Origin: an uncultured Acidobacteriota bacterium
Lineage (GTDB): Bacteria; Acidobacteriota; Vicinamibacteria; Vicinamibacterales; CAVVIG01
Length of the DNA: 64,000 bases
Assembly (NCBI GenBank): GCA_963794705.1
Contig: CAWCFI010000013.1
Coordinates: 14,523-78,522, forward strand
Direction: 5' to 3'
Below are positions 8,759 through 18,050 of the stretch, piece after piece (position 1 is the stretch's first letter; every line of letters starts with the position of its first letter). Position numbers and translations under genes: made by a program. The notes beneath the pieces are model-generated. The model searched no databases. It was not told the DNA's origin and saw only the letters and a list, made by a program, of their open reading frames with translations.

Positions 8759-10040
8759 GAGTGCGTCTCCAGAAGTAGTAGACCGGGAGTCCGAGGATCA
8801 CGAGTCCGAGGCCGATCAGGCTCTCTCGCGGATCGGTGGCAATCTGGTTGAGGACGATGGCGAGACAGACGAGCGCGAACACGATCGGGACGAACGGAAA
8901 TCCCCACGCCCGGAACAGCGGCGCGTAGCCTCGCGACCGTCGCAGCGCGATGGTGCCGAGCGCCAGCGCACCGAAGAAAATCCATTCGGTGTAGACCACC
9001 CGCGACACGATCACGCCGTAGGTGCCGGTCAGCACCAGTACCGACGACCAGATGCCCTGCACGACGATCGCGAGGTACGGCGTCTTGTGCGTCGGGTGTA
9101 CCGCGCCCATCCACTTGAACAGGAGGCCGTCCTCCGCCATCGCGTAATAGACGCGCGGTCCGGCGAGGATGATGCCGCTGATCGCCCCGAATGACGACAC
9201 GATCACCAGGATCGAGATCGCCGACGCCGCGCGCGGCCCGGCGGTCGCCAGCGTCGCGTCGAAGGCAATGTGCGTGGACTTCAGGACGGCGTCGAACGGC
9301 AGCACCAGCAGATACGCGCCGTTGAGCGCCAGGTAGATCACCACCACGACGGCCGTGCCGAGCATCAGCGCGCGAGGAATGATCCGCTCGGGATGGTGCG
9401 TCTCCTCGGCGGCGTAGGTCACCATGTGCCAGCCGCCGAACGCGAACAGGCCGGCGACCAGCGCGCGCAGGAACCCGCGGGGCGCGAGCGCGCCGAGCGG
9501 GGCCGGCATGCGCAGCGTGCCCATGCCGAACAACAGCATCAGCAGCACGCCGATCGCGCCGATCTTGGCGATGGTGAGGCCGGTCTGGACCGAGCTGCCG
9601 GGCCGAACGCCGACGTAGTTGACGGCCGAAAGCACCGCGATCGCGCCGACCGCGACCAGGCGGATGCCGAGATCGTCGAGCGGCACGATGGTCGCGGTGT
9701 AGCGGCCGAACACCATCGCGATCGCCGCGATGATCCCGGAGTGCATGCTCCAGAACATTGCCCAGCCCCACAGGAACCCGGCCGCGGGCGAAAACATCTC
9801 GCGCAGGAAGACATAGACGCCGCCGGTCTTCGGATAGGCCGACGACAGCTCGGCGCAGATGCTGGCGCCGAACCAGGTCAGCGCGCCGGCGGCGATCCAC
9901 ACCAGCAGCATGCCGCTGAACGACGGCACCGCCTTGCTGACCTCCGACGGCTGGACGAAGATCGACGACCCCACGATCGTGCCGACGACCATCGCGGTCG
10001 CCTGGGTCAGTCCGATCGTGCGAGTGAGTTTGACGGTCAT
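8745..10040 (-). CDS. APC-family amino acid permease
   Basis: 431-aa intact ORF, about 12 hydrophobic segments; GTIVGSSIF...ELSSAYPKTGGVYVF motif. Confidence 0.9.
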   Translation of the reverse strand: MTVKLTRTIGLTQATAMVVGTIVGSSIFVQPSEVSKAVPSFSGMLLVWIAAGALTWFGASICAELSSAYPKTGGVYVFLREMFSPAAGFLWGWAMFWSMHSGIIAAIAMVFGRYTATIVPLDDLGIRLVAVGAIAVLSAVNYVGVRPGSSVQTGLTIAKIGAIGVLLMLLFGMGTLRMPAPLGALAPRGFLRALVAGLFAFGGWHMVTYAAEETHHPERIIPRALMLGTAVVVVIYLALNGAYLLVLPFDAVLKSTHIAFDATLATAGPRAASAISILVIVSSFGAISGIILAGPRVYYAMAEDGLLFKWMGAVHPTHKTPYLAIVVQGIWSSVLVLTGTYGVIVSRVVYTEWIFFGALALGTIALRRSRGYAPLFRAWGFPFVPIVFALVCLAIVLNQIATDPRESLIGLGLVILGLPVYYFWRRTHARD

Positions 10041-10042
10041 GA

Positions 10043-10114
10043 CGCTCGGCTGAAGCCTTCGCGCTCCGCAATCCGCGTCAGGGACGGTCGGAGCGCGAAG
10101 GCTTCAGCCGAGCG
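10043..10114. repeat. perfect inverted repeat, 26-bp arms and 20-nt loop
   Basis: cgctcggctgaagccttcgcgctccg (10043-10068) is the exact reverse complement of 10089-10114; each arm contains a ggctgaagcc mini-hairpin related to the REP core. Confidence 0.9.
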
Positions 10115-10121
10115 AATCCTA

Positions 10122-11656
10122 TCACCGCACCATGTCGATCGTGTCGGCCTCGGCCGCGGTCTTGTCGCTGCGATAGCGCTTCACGCGCGCGAAGCGGAGC
10201 GCCACGCCGCCGGATAGTGCGGGCTCGCCTGCACGTCGTTGAACGCGATCTCGACGACGAGTTCGGGGCGCACGTAACACGGTGTGGTCGTCGCGGCCGA
10301 TCTCGAGCTCGAGGAACTTCTTCGTCTGCCACGCCAGCATCTCGTCGGTCAGCCCTTTGAAGGTCTTGCCGAGCATGACGAATCCGCCGTGCGCGGCGAT
10401 CGCGCGCGCCGAGATGCAGGTTGCTGAGCGTGCCGCGGCGGCGGCCGCTGCCCCACTCCGCCGCCAGCACCACGAGGTCGAGCGTGCGCGCCTGCTTGAC
10501 CTTCAGCCAGGCCTGCCCGCGGCGGCCGGCCGCGTAGGCGCCGTCGACCGCCTTGGCCATCACCCCTTCGTGGCCGATCGCCAGCGCCTGTCGCGCAAAC
10601 GCGGCGGCGGCCTCCGGATCGGATGTGACCAGGCGCGGCACCAGGTTGCGCGCCGCCGCCTGCTCCGCCAGCAGCGCGACCCGGCGCGTCAGCGGCTCGT
10701 CGACCAGCGGCTGGCCGTCGAGATAGAGCGCGTCGAACAGCATCGGCGTGATCGGCAGCTCGTCCCTCAGCCGATCGACGTCGAGCTTTCGTCCGAAGCG
10801 CCGCATCGTGTCCTGAAAGGGTACCGGAGAGCCATCGGGCCGCAGCACGATCGCCTCGCCGTCGAGCACCAGCGAGCGCGCCGGCATCGCGCGCGCGACG
10901 GCGACGATCTCGGGCACGGCGGCGGTCACGTCCCGCAGGTTGCGCGAATAGACGCGCACGTCATCGTCCACCTTATGGACCTGGATGCGCGCGCCATCGA
11001 TCTTGTATTCGAACGAGGCGTTGCCCAACTCGTTCAGCGCGCCGCTGACATCGTCGGCCGAATCGGCGAGCATCGGTTGGACCGGCTGAAACGGCGTCAG
11101 CGCGAACGGCGCGAGGCCGGCGTTCGCCGGCGGTCAGCGCCGCGCGCGCCACCGGCGCGAGGTCGCCGGCCAGCATCGCCGCGCGCCGGATCCGGGCGGA
11201 GGCGACGCCCGATGCGCGCGCGACGGCGTCGGTCAGCACGGCTTCGAGCGCGCCCTGCCGGAGCTCGCCGAACAGCAGACGAAAGAGGAAGTCCTGCTCG
11301 GCAGCGGTTGCGGCGCCCATCAGCTCGCGGAGGAGCTGCAGCCGGGCCGAGGACGATCCCGCGCCGGAAATCGCCGCGAGGCGATCGAACAGCCGGTCCA
11401 CCGCGGCGAGTTCGAGACCCGGCGCGTCAACCGGAGGCACGCCGCGCGCGCCGGCGAGCACGGCGCCGCCAATTTTCATCCGCCCCTGGCGAGGCTCGCC
11501 GCTCAGAAACGCGATGACGATCGCGACCTCGTCCGGCGGGACACGGCGCAGCAAGTCGGCCAGGTGCCCGACCTTCTCCAGCCGGCCCGCCGTGCCGGCG
11601 ACCGCCCCCGAAACCGCCACCACCGCCTCGAGACGCATCCGCCCGATCGTACCCAA
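10122..11656 (-). pseudogene. ATP-dependent DNA ligase, about 4 frameshifts
   Basis: N-terminal DNA-binding domain (ORF 10973-11656), adenylation domain with EYKIDGARIQ (ORF 10078-11073) and OB domain ending GGVALRFARVKRYRSDK (ORF 10122-10376) lie in different frames. Confidence 0.85.
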
Positions 11657-11767
11657 ATCCCGATGCCGCCGGCGGGCGTAGATCGCGGCGGAGGTCGTGC
11701 GTGTCGGAGCCGCGCGCGTTCGTCGCGGAGGGCCACTCGGTGTTCCAAATCGGTGTGGTGCGGACCT

Positions 11768-12223
11768 TCAGGCCCTCAGCAGCGCGCGGAGGCGGCCAAA
11801 GACCTGGGTGAAGGCGGCCACGGGCGAGCTCGGCGCCTTTCCCTGCGGCGTCGCGTCCGCGAGGCCGGCGCGCCGCTCGCCGTCGGTCACGGCGGGCGGT
11901 ACGTGATCGCGCCACTGCAGATCCATGTGGCCGATGATTTCGGCGTGGCCGCGAATCACGATCTCGGCGCGGCGATCGCCTTGCGGAAAGCAGCGGCAGA
12001 ATTCGTTGACCGTCGTTTCCGGATCGACGCCGATGGCCTTGGCGTAGCTGCGCACGTACGAGCGCGCGTAGATGCCGGTCGGCCAGCGCGTCAGATCGTT
12101 GCGTTCGAGTCCTTCCCACAACGCGGCGCTCACGTTGGTGGCCGCCGTGATCTCATGAACGGAGATGCCGCGCTGGACGCGGATGCGGCGCAGGTTGGGT
12201 CCGAAGGCGTCGCGCTCGCTCAT
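11768..12223 (-). CDS. helix-turn-helix domain protein (XRE/RodZ-N-like)
   Basis: 151-aa ORF; LRRIRVQRGISVHEITAATNVSAALWEGLE HTH segment. Confidence 0.6.
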   Translation of the reverse strand: MSERDAFGPNLRRIRVQRGISVHEITAATNVSAALWEGLERNDLTRWPTGIYARSYVRSYAKAIGVDPETTVNEFCRCFPQGDRRAEIVIRGHAEIIGHMDLQWRDHVPPAVTDGERRAGLADATPQGKAPSSPVAAFTQVFGRLRALLRA

Positions 12224-12354
12224 GGCGGGACCTCTTCCCGCAAGATCGCTACCAGGCGCCCGGACGCACTCCAGCGCACAAAGGCGCCAAATTGGGCTCC
12301 GCCGACGTGCTGTTTTTCTACAGGCGATTACGATTTGGAGGGAAGGGAGGGCAC

Positions 12355-12419
12355 GGAGGAAACGGGATCACACAGAGAAACTGAGGAACGGAGAGGCTCT
12401 GTGTGATCCCGTTCCCTCC
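12355..12419. repeat. hairpin element, 23-bp arms (1 mismatch) and 19-nt loop; possible terminator of the DinB operon
   Basis: ggaggaaacgggatcacacagag ... ctctgtgtgatcccgttccctcc; lies just downstream of the minus-strand gene ending at 12437. Confidence 0.7.
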
Positions 12420-12436
12420 GTCTTCTCTGTTGGCTC

Positions 12437-12913
12437 TCAGTCGAATTCGCGCTTGGGCGCGGTCTGCTCGCGGCCGACGCGCCCGGCGACGATGTCCGCC
12501 TTCGAGTAGTTCTCGCTCTTCATCCGGGCGCCGGACAGCCGCCGCAGGATCGCGATCTGACCGACGTGGGTCAGCGAATCGGCGATCGCACCCTGAAACA
12601 ATCGCTCCGGCGTCACCGCCAGCGGCGCGTCGGACGCCAGATACGCGTCGAAGCGCTCCAGCGCCGCAAAGAAACGTTCGATCTCTCGCTCCCACTCGAG
12701 CGGCGTCGACTCGTGCCACGCTTCGGCGCCCTGCGCCTGCGACAGCGCCCAGTCGTAGAGGTCGCCGATGTGCGCGAGAATGCCGACCGCGGTGCGACCC
12801 ACGCCGTCGCCGCGGTACGACGCGAAGCTGGCCGGTGCGCCGCGCACCGCCTTGCCGCCGCGATAGGCCACGGTCGCCACCATGTGGCGCAACAACGCGC
12901 GTGTCTCGTTCAT
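12437..12913 (-). CDS. DinB family protein
   Basis: 158-aa ORF with spaced His residues in DinB-like helices (ILAHIGDLYDW, DSLTHVGQIAILRR). Confidence 0.75.
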   Translation of the reverse strand: MNETRALLRHMVATVAYRGGKAVRGAPASFASYRGDGVGRTAVGILAHIGDLYDWALSQAQGAEAWHESTPLEWEREIERFFAALERFDAYLASDAPLAVTPERLFQGAIADSLTHVGQIAILRRLSGARMKSENYSKADIVAGRVGREQTAPKREFD

Positions 12914-12954
12914 GTGCTACCTCCGGAAGTACAATCGCGGATTGATCGTCGTGC

Positions 12955-13398
12955 TCACGCGCCGAACTGGCGCAAGTGATGATCCATGTGCCGGTAGATG
13001 AGCACGCCCCACGCCCGCTTCGACAGCTTGCCGAACGCCGGATGCTCCGGCCACGCCTCGGTGGTTCTGGCCGAGCCGGCGCGCGCCAGCAGGTCCTGTA
13101 CGTCCGCGATGTCGTTCTTCCAGTCGCTCGGCGCCCGCATCAGCAGCTCCGGCGCGGTCGGGGCGCTCCTCGGAAACGGCGCGACGTAGATGATGAACTG
13201 CTTCAGCGGTGGATAGCGGATCGGCAGCCGCTTCGGGGCGACGTGCAAGTCCCCCATCGCCATCTTCAGCGAATCCGCGAGATGGCACACCATCTTCGGC
13301 GCGCTGAACTTTCCCCATTGGGCGGGGCGGTCCCAGGCGACCGCGCCGACGCGATCGCTCAGCTCGCGCCGCGTCTCGTCCTGCCAGATCGATTTCAT
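12955..13398 (-). CDS. DinB-like (DUF1569-type) protein
   Basis: 147 codons from MKSIWQDE; MVCHLADS and YRHMDHHLRQFG motifs; start overlaps the upstream stop (ATGA); rest of track ORF to 13635 is extension. Confidence 0.7.
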   Translation of the reverse strand: MKSIWQDETRRELSDRVGAVAWDRPAQWGKFSAPKMVCHLADSLKMAMGDLHVAPKRLPIRYPPLKQFIIYVAPFPRSAPTAPELLMRAPSDWKNDIADVQDLLARAGSARTTEAWPEHPAFGKLSKRAWGVLIYRHMDHHLRQFGA

Positions 13399-14174
13399 GA
13401 GCGCACTCCAGGAACAATGAGGCTGCAGCAGGTCACCGCGCCCTCGGCCTTCGCGAGCTCGCTCGCGTCCACACACTCGACCCGCAGGCCGAGCGCGGCA
13501 AGGCGTTGCGCCGTCCGCGGAAAGGCGGCGGCGACGACGACCCGATCCGCCAGCCGCAGGACGTTGGCGGCCGACGGTTCGTCCGGGGCGATCTCCACGA
13601 GCGAGAACCCCTCGAACGCCGCGGCGTCGACCCACGACGGATTCACCAGCAGCCGCTCCTGGTCGAGCGCCGTGACCGCCGACTTCAGGTGGAGGCAGCC
13701 GCGCACCTCCGTCTGAACAACCCGGTAGCCGAACGCCCCGAGCAGCGCCCGCATCTGCAGCGCGGCGGCGTCGTTGGTCCGCGTCGAACGGCCGACGAAC
13801 ACGTGACGGCCAGCCACCAGCACGTCGCCGCCGTCGATCGTCGCCGGCGGCTGCATCGCGTGCAGCGGGCGATACTCGGCGAGCGCCGCGGCAATCGCCG
13901 GCATCTCGACCCGGCGCGATTCCGCGCCAGGATTGGTGAGCATGGCGACCTCGTCGAACACCACCGCCAGGTCCTCGACGAACACCGCGTCGGGCATCGC
14001 CGCGTCAGACGCGAGCTGCTCGACGCGATAGCCCGCCGCCGATAACGCCTGCTCGTAGGCGCGATGCTGGGCCCGCGCCCGATCGACATCGATCGGCACC
14101 CGCTCCTGATAGGTCAATTCGCAGGCGGCCAGCCCCGGGCTGACCGCGCGCGTGATCGCCACAGCTCCCCGCAT
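13395..14174 (-). CDS. dimethylarginine dimethylaminohydrolase / amidinotransferase-fold protein
   Basis: 259 codons from MRGAVAI; C-terminal AEGAVTCCSL (catalytic Cys context); track ORF extension to 14366 runs through repeat DNA. Confidence 0.8.
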   Translation of the reverse strand: MRGAVAITRAVSPGLAACELTYQERVPIDVDRARAQHRAYEQALSAAGYRVEQLASDAAMPDAVFVEDLAVVFDEVAMLTNPGAESRRVEMPAIAAALAEYRPLHAMQPPATIDGGDVLVAGRHVFVGRSTRTNDAAALQMRALLGAFGYRVVQTEVRGCLHLKSAVTALDQERLLVNPSWVDAAAFEGFSLVEIAPDEPSAANVLRLADRVVVAAAFPRTAQRLAALGLRVECVDASELAKAEGAVTCCSLIVPGVRS

Positions 14175-14196
14175 GCGCGGTAATGATAGCCGGTTG

Positions 14197-14280
14197 AGAT
14201 TTCGGATGGCAGAGTGCAGATTTCGGATGTCCGACGCTACAATCACAATCTGAAATCTGCATTCTGAAATCTTAAATCTC
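14197..14280. promoter_or_regulatory. divergent intergenic region: two AGATTTCGGATG copies 21 nt apart, then a 6-unit heptamer array (CAATCTG/AAATCTG)
   Basis: agatttcggatg at 14197-14208 and 14218-14229; array 14239-14280 ends 1 nt before the S8 ATG; AGATTT is the reverse complement of the array core AAATCT. Confidence 0.6.
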
Positions 14281-14281
14281 C

Positions 14282-16549
14282 ATGCGTCTCCTTTACAGTT
14301 TCGCAACGGCCGCTCTGCTCGCCGCCTCGATGGCTGCGCAGGACGCGGGCCCGCTCGATCCGGCATCGAAGCTGACGACGGCGCTGGCGACGCTGGCCGA
14401 CGCGGTGCCGCAGGACACCGAGCGCGCAGGCAGTTCCCGCGCGATCACGAGCGCGCGCCTCGCGATCGACCGGTCGACACTGCCGGCGCCGGTGGCCGAC
14501 GCGATCCGCTCGCGCCGCCTCCGCATCAACGACGCCAACGAAGTGCAGGTCTACGTGCTGGGCGCGGTCAGCGACGCGAACATCGCCGCGCTCGTCGCCA
14601 ACGGTGCGACCATCGAGATCAAGGACGCCGGCCGGCGCCGCGTGCAGGCGCGGGTGCCGGCCAGCCGGCTACGCGCGATCGCGAGCCTGCCGTTCGTCGA
14701 CTTCGTCCGCCTGCCATCCTACGCGCGGCGCCAGACCGGGCTGTTCTCGAGCGAAGGCGACCAGATTCTTCGCGCCGACGCGGTCCGCCGCCAGTTGTCG
14801 CTCGACGGCAGCGGGGTGCGCGTCGGCGTCATTTCGGACGGCATCAAGGGCATCTTCCAGACGGGATGCACGACGTGCGGCACCCTGGCGAATGGACCGA
14901 TCGCCACCGGCGATCTTCCCGATGCCGTGGGCGTCCGAAACGCGAGCGGTGTGCTCCTGTCGTCGAGCGGCGGCATTCGCGGCATGTCGTTCCAGGCCAA
15001 CGGCGATCTCGAAGGGCTGCCGCCGGCCGCGCCACAGTGCGCGTTCGACGGGGCCGGGGCCGAAGGCACGGCGATTCTCGAGATCGTCCACGACCTGGCG
15101 CCGGCGGCGCAATTGTCGTTCGCCAACGCGGACACCGATCTCGCGTTCAACCAGGCGGTCGATTTTCTCGCCGCCAACAACGACATCGTGCTCGACGACC
15201 TCGGCTTCTTCGCCGAGGCCTACGACGGCACCAGCACGACCTCGTCGAACACCGCGCGCGCGCTGAACAATCCGGCGTTTCCGATTCGCGGCTACTTCAC
15301 GTCGGTCGGCAACGCCGCCGACGAGCACTACTACGGAACCTACGTCGACTCGCACGTCGACGGGCGGACGATCCCCGGGATTGCGCGGGCCGGCAACCTC
15401 CACCTGTTCCAACAAACCGACGACACGACCGACGTGCTCGGGCTTGGGCCGCTGCCCTACAACGTGATCTCGCTGCCGCGCGGCGGCGAGGTCGCGATCT
15501 TCCTGAGCTGGGACGATCCCGCCGGCGCATCCGGCAACAACTACGATCTGTATCTCGTGAACGAGGCCACCGGACGCGCGGTCGCGGCCAGCGTCGACGT
15601 CCAGCGCGGCGCGCAGGATCCGATCGAATTCATCGACTACGTCAACCCCGGCGTCGCCGCCCGCTTCCGCATCGTCGTCCAGAACGCCGGCAACGCGGCG
15701 CAGCCGAGAAGCCTGAACCTGTACTCGTTCCAGCCCGAGTGCGCGAGCGACGGGCCGCGGACGCTGGCGCCGCCGCGTCACGAGCGTCACAACTTCAACA
15801 CCGCATCCCGCAGCGTGCTGGCGCAGTCCGACGCCGGCGGCACACCGGTTTCGGTCGTGTCGGTGGCGGCGATCTGCTCGGCCTCGGCCACGGCGGCGGG
15901 CTTCTTCGCCAGCGCGCCGAACGCCTCGTGCCTCGACCTCACGCACGCGACCGTCGAGTTCTTCAGCAGCCACGGGCCGACGGTCGACGGACGCCAGAAG
16001 CCCGACGTGTCGGCGATCGACGGCGTCACGGTGTCCGGCGCCGGCGGCTTCGTGACGACGTTTTTCGGCACGTCCGCCGCGGTGCCGCACGTCGGCGCCA
16101 TCGCCGCCCTCGCCTTGCAGGCGGCGCCGTGCCTGATCGACGGCGGCAAGGGCGCGCTCGATCCGGTGACGGCCCGCCTCGCGCTGCGCGACCTGATCGT
16201 CAACACCGCCGTCCCGTTGAACGGTAGCGGCGTGCCGGACAACGAATCTGGGTCCGGCCGGGTCGACGCCGCGGCCGTGATCCAGCGGATCCTTCCGGCC
16301 TTCACCGGCGCGACGTCGATCACCGTCGAGGCGACCGGCGCGTTCGGCGCAACGCTGACCGCCGCGCAGCTCGGCTTCGCCGACGCGGCGCAATGCGGCC
16401 AGATCAGGCTGGCCTGGACCGGCGGCTGCGGCACCGGCCCCGGCGCGACGCTCACCTGCCCGCCAGGCACGAGCACGATCAGCGTCGCGGCCAGCAGCAA
16501 CGGCGTCAGCTTTTCGGCGCCGGTCGATCTGCGCGTCACCGTCCGTTGA
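14282..16549 (+). CDS. secreted S8-family (subtilisin-like) serine peptidase
   Basis: 755-aa intact ORF; signal peptide; Asp motif VRVGVISDG and Ser motif FFGTSAAVPHVGAIAAL. Confidence 0.85.
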   Translation: MRLLYSFATAALLAASMAAQDAGPLDPASKLTTALATLADAVPQDTERAGSSRAITSARLAIDRSTLPAPVADAIRSRRLRINDANEVQVYVLGAVSDANIAALVANGATIEIKDAGRRRVQARVPASRLRAIASLPFVDFVRLPSYARRQTGLFSSEGDQILRADAVRRQLSLDGSGVRVGVISDGIKGIFQTGCTTCGTLANGPIATGDLPDAVGVRNASGVLLSSSGGIRGMSFQANGDLEGLPPAAPQCAFDGAGAEGTAILEIVHDLAPAAQLSFANADTDLAFNQAVDFLAANNDIVLDDLGFFAEAYDGTSTTSSNTARALNNPAFPIRGYFTSVGNAADEHYYGTYVDSHVDGRTIPGIARAGNLHLFQQTDDTTDVLGLGPLPYNVISLPRGGEVAIFLSWDDPAGASGNNYDLYLVNEATGRAVAASVDVQRGAQDPIEFIDYVNPGVAARFRIVVQNAGNAAQPRSLNLYSFQPECASDGPRTLAPPRHERHNFNTASRSVLAQSDAGGTPVSVVSVAAICSASATAAGFFASAPNASCLDLTHATVEFFSSHGPTVDGRQKPDVSAIDGVTVSGAGGFVTTFFGTSAAVPHVGAIAALALQAAPCLIDGGKGALDPVTARLALRDLIVNTAVPLNGSGVPDNESGSGRVDAAAVIQRILPAFTGATSITVEATGAFGATLTAAQLGFADAAQCGQIRLAWTGGCGTGPGATLTCPPGTSTISVAASSNGVSFSAPVDLRVTVR

Positions 16550-16589
16550 ATCTGCAATCTGCAATCTGCAATCTGCAATCTGAAATTAT
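16548..16589. repeat. heptanucleotide tandem array (GAATCTG, CAATCTG x4, AAATTAT)
   Basis: starts inside the TGA stop of the S8 gene; same orientation and flavour as the array upstream of that gene. Confidence 0.9.
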
Positions 16590-16600
16590 CAATACCTTCC

Positions 16601-16927
16601 GACAAGACCGACCTTCTCCAAGGCACCCTCGACCTCCTGATCCTCCAGGTCGCGGCGCTCGGGCCGGTACATGGCTACGCGATCGCACAGCGGCTGAACC
16701 AGATCTCCAAAGAAGCGCTCCAGGTGCAGCAAGGATCGCTGTACCCGGCGCTCCATCGGCTCGAGAAACGCGGCTGGCTCAAGGCCCAATGGGGCGCGGC
16801 GGAGAGCGGACGTGAGGCGACGTTCTACGCGTTGACCGCGGCGGGCCGGAAGCGGCTCGAGGTCGAACGGACGGAATGGGATCGCCTCAGTCAGGCGATC
16901 AAGCTGGTGCTCGAAACGGCCAAATAG
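16601..16927 (+). CDS. PadR family transcriptional regulator (start codon unresolved)
   Basis: DKTDLLQGTLDLLILQ...HGYAI...GSLYPALHRLEKRGWL in one frame, open from 16550; no ATG/GTG/TTG upstream of the GVal at 16724, and the expected start region is occupied by the heptamer array. Confidence 0.7.
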   Translation, partial: DKTDLLQGTLDLLILQVAALGPVHGYAIAQRLNQISKEALQVQQGSLYPALHRLEKRGWLKAQWGAAESGREATFYALTAAGRKRLEVERTEWDRLSQAIKLVLETAK

Positions 16928-16995
16928 CGTCGGCGGGTCGAGCCGGCAGGGCAGATGAGGTGGGCGGGCCCGGTGGGTCGGATGCGGAGAAGGCG

Positions 16996-17206
16996 ATGAG
17001 CCACGCTGACGACATCGACAGGGAACTGCGGTTTCACATCGACGTCGAAATTCGTGGCGGCGCTGCTCTACGGACTCGAGCCGCGCGATCCGGCGACGCT
17101 GATCGGCGCGGCGCTCGTCCTGGGAGCGGTCGGCGCGGCCGCCGGTTGGATACCGGCGTACCGCGCCTCGCGCGTCGATCCTGCGGAAGTGCTCAGGGAG
17201 TCATAA
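16996..17206 (+). pseudogene. remnant of an ADOP-type permease (N-terminal prefix fused to the last ~50 codons)
   Basis: MSHADDIDRELRFHIDVEI (permease prefix motif) followed out of frame by FVAALLYGLEPRDPATLIGAALVLGAVGAAAGWIPAYRASRVDPAEVLRES-stop; about 2.3 kb of the usual gene is absent. Confidence 0.6.
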
Positions 17207-17212
17207 GGATTT

Positions 17213-17479
17213 CTAGCGCCCCTCGTGTTCGTGGCGCCAGCTCCAGTACGCCTGCTGCTGCGACTTGCTGTTGTGCGAGAACGCGTGGTACTTGCGATGG
17301 TGCTCGTTCAGGTACTCGCGGTAGTAGCGGTCTTCGTCATTATTCCAGTGGTGATAATCCTTGTGGGACCGATCGTAGAACTTCAGCTCGACGCCCTGCG
17401 CCTGCGCGGCGACCGGCAACAGTACCGATCCCCCGAGCGCGACCATCACAGCGAGTGCGGAAAATGATCTCTTCAGCAT
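17213..17479 (-). CDS. small exported His/Tyr-rich protein
   Basis: MLKRSFSALAVMVALGG signal, then YDRSHKDYHHWNNDEDRYYREYLNEHHRKYH; no family recognised. Confidence 0.5.
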   Translation of the reverse strand: MLKRSFSALAVMVALGGSVLLPVAAQAQGVELKFYDRSHKDYHHWNNDEDRYYREYLNEHHRKYHAFSHNSKSQQQAYWSWRHEHEGR

Positions 17480-17630
17480 TTCTGCGGCCTCCTCAGCCGA
17501 TGCAGTGAGAAGGGGCAAGAAGCACGCCAGCTGTCATGCCGAAGAAACGGGCGTTTTGTCCGGACGGGCTTACCGCATGAGTTGAAGCGCGGTGACAGTG
17601 TTCAGCAAAACGATTCTCTGTCTGTGACCG

Positions 17631-18017
17631 TCACCGTTGCCCACGCAGCGCGTCGAGACTGATCGGCCCAGCCCCGGCCACGCAGAAGAACAGCCAGATG
17701 AAGCAGAACAGCACCGCGAGTTCGCCGCCGTTGCCGATCGGCCAGGCGCCCTTGGGCGCATGCTGCGTGAAGTACGCGACCGCCATCTGCCCCGACAGCA
17801 CGAACGCGACCGGCCGCGTGAAGAGGCCGACGAACATCAAGATGCCACCAATTGTCTCGATCACGCCGGCCGCGCCCATCATCGTGGCGGTCAACACCGG
17901 CGCATGGAACGGATGGCCCGGCACCCCGAACAGTTTCTGTGTGCCGTGCGCGAGGTAGACGAACGCAGCGACAAGTCGGAGAACGCTGAGGAGATAAGGA
18001 GTGACACGGTTCTTCAT
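17631..18017 (-). CDS. DoxX family membrane protein
   Basis: 128-aa ORF, four hydrophobic helices; LRLVAAFVYLAHGTQKLFG motif. Confidence 0.85.
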   Translation of the reverse strand: MKNRVTPYLLSVLRLVAAFVYLAHGTQKLFGVPGHPFHAPVLTATMMGAAGVIETIGGILMFVGLFTRPVAFVLSGQMAVAYFTQHAPKGAWPIGNGGELAVLFCFIWLFFCVAGAGPISLDALRGQR

Positions 18018-18050
18018 CGCGCGCCTCTTTGATAGACTGGCAAAACCATT

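Noticed and set aside
14239-16589. Integron-like gene cassette (gene bounded by related repeats)
   Set aside because: There is no integrase or attI. The repeats are simple heptamer arrays, not attC-type imperfect palindromes with conserved core sites.
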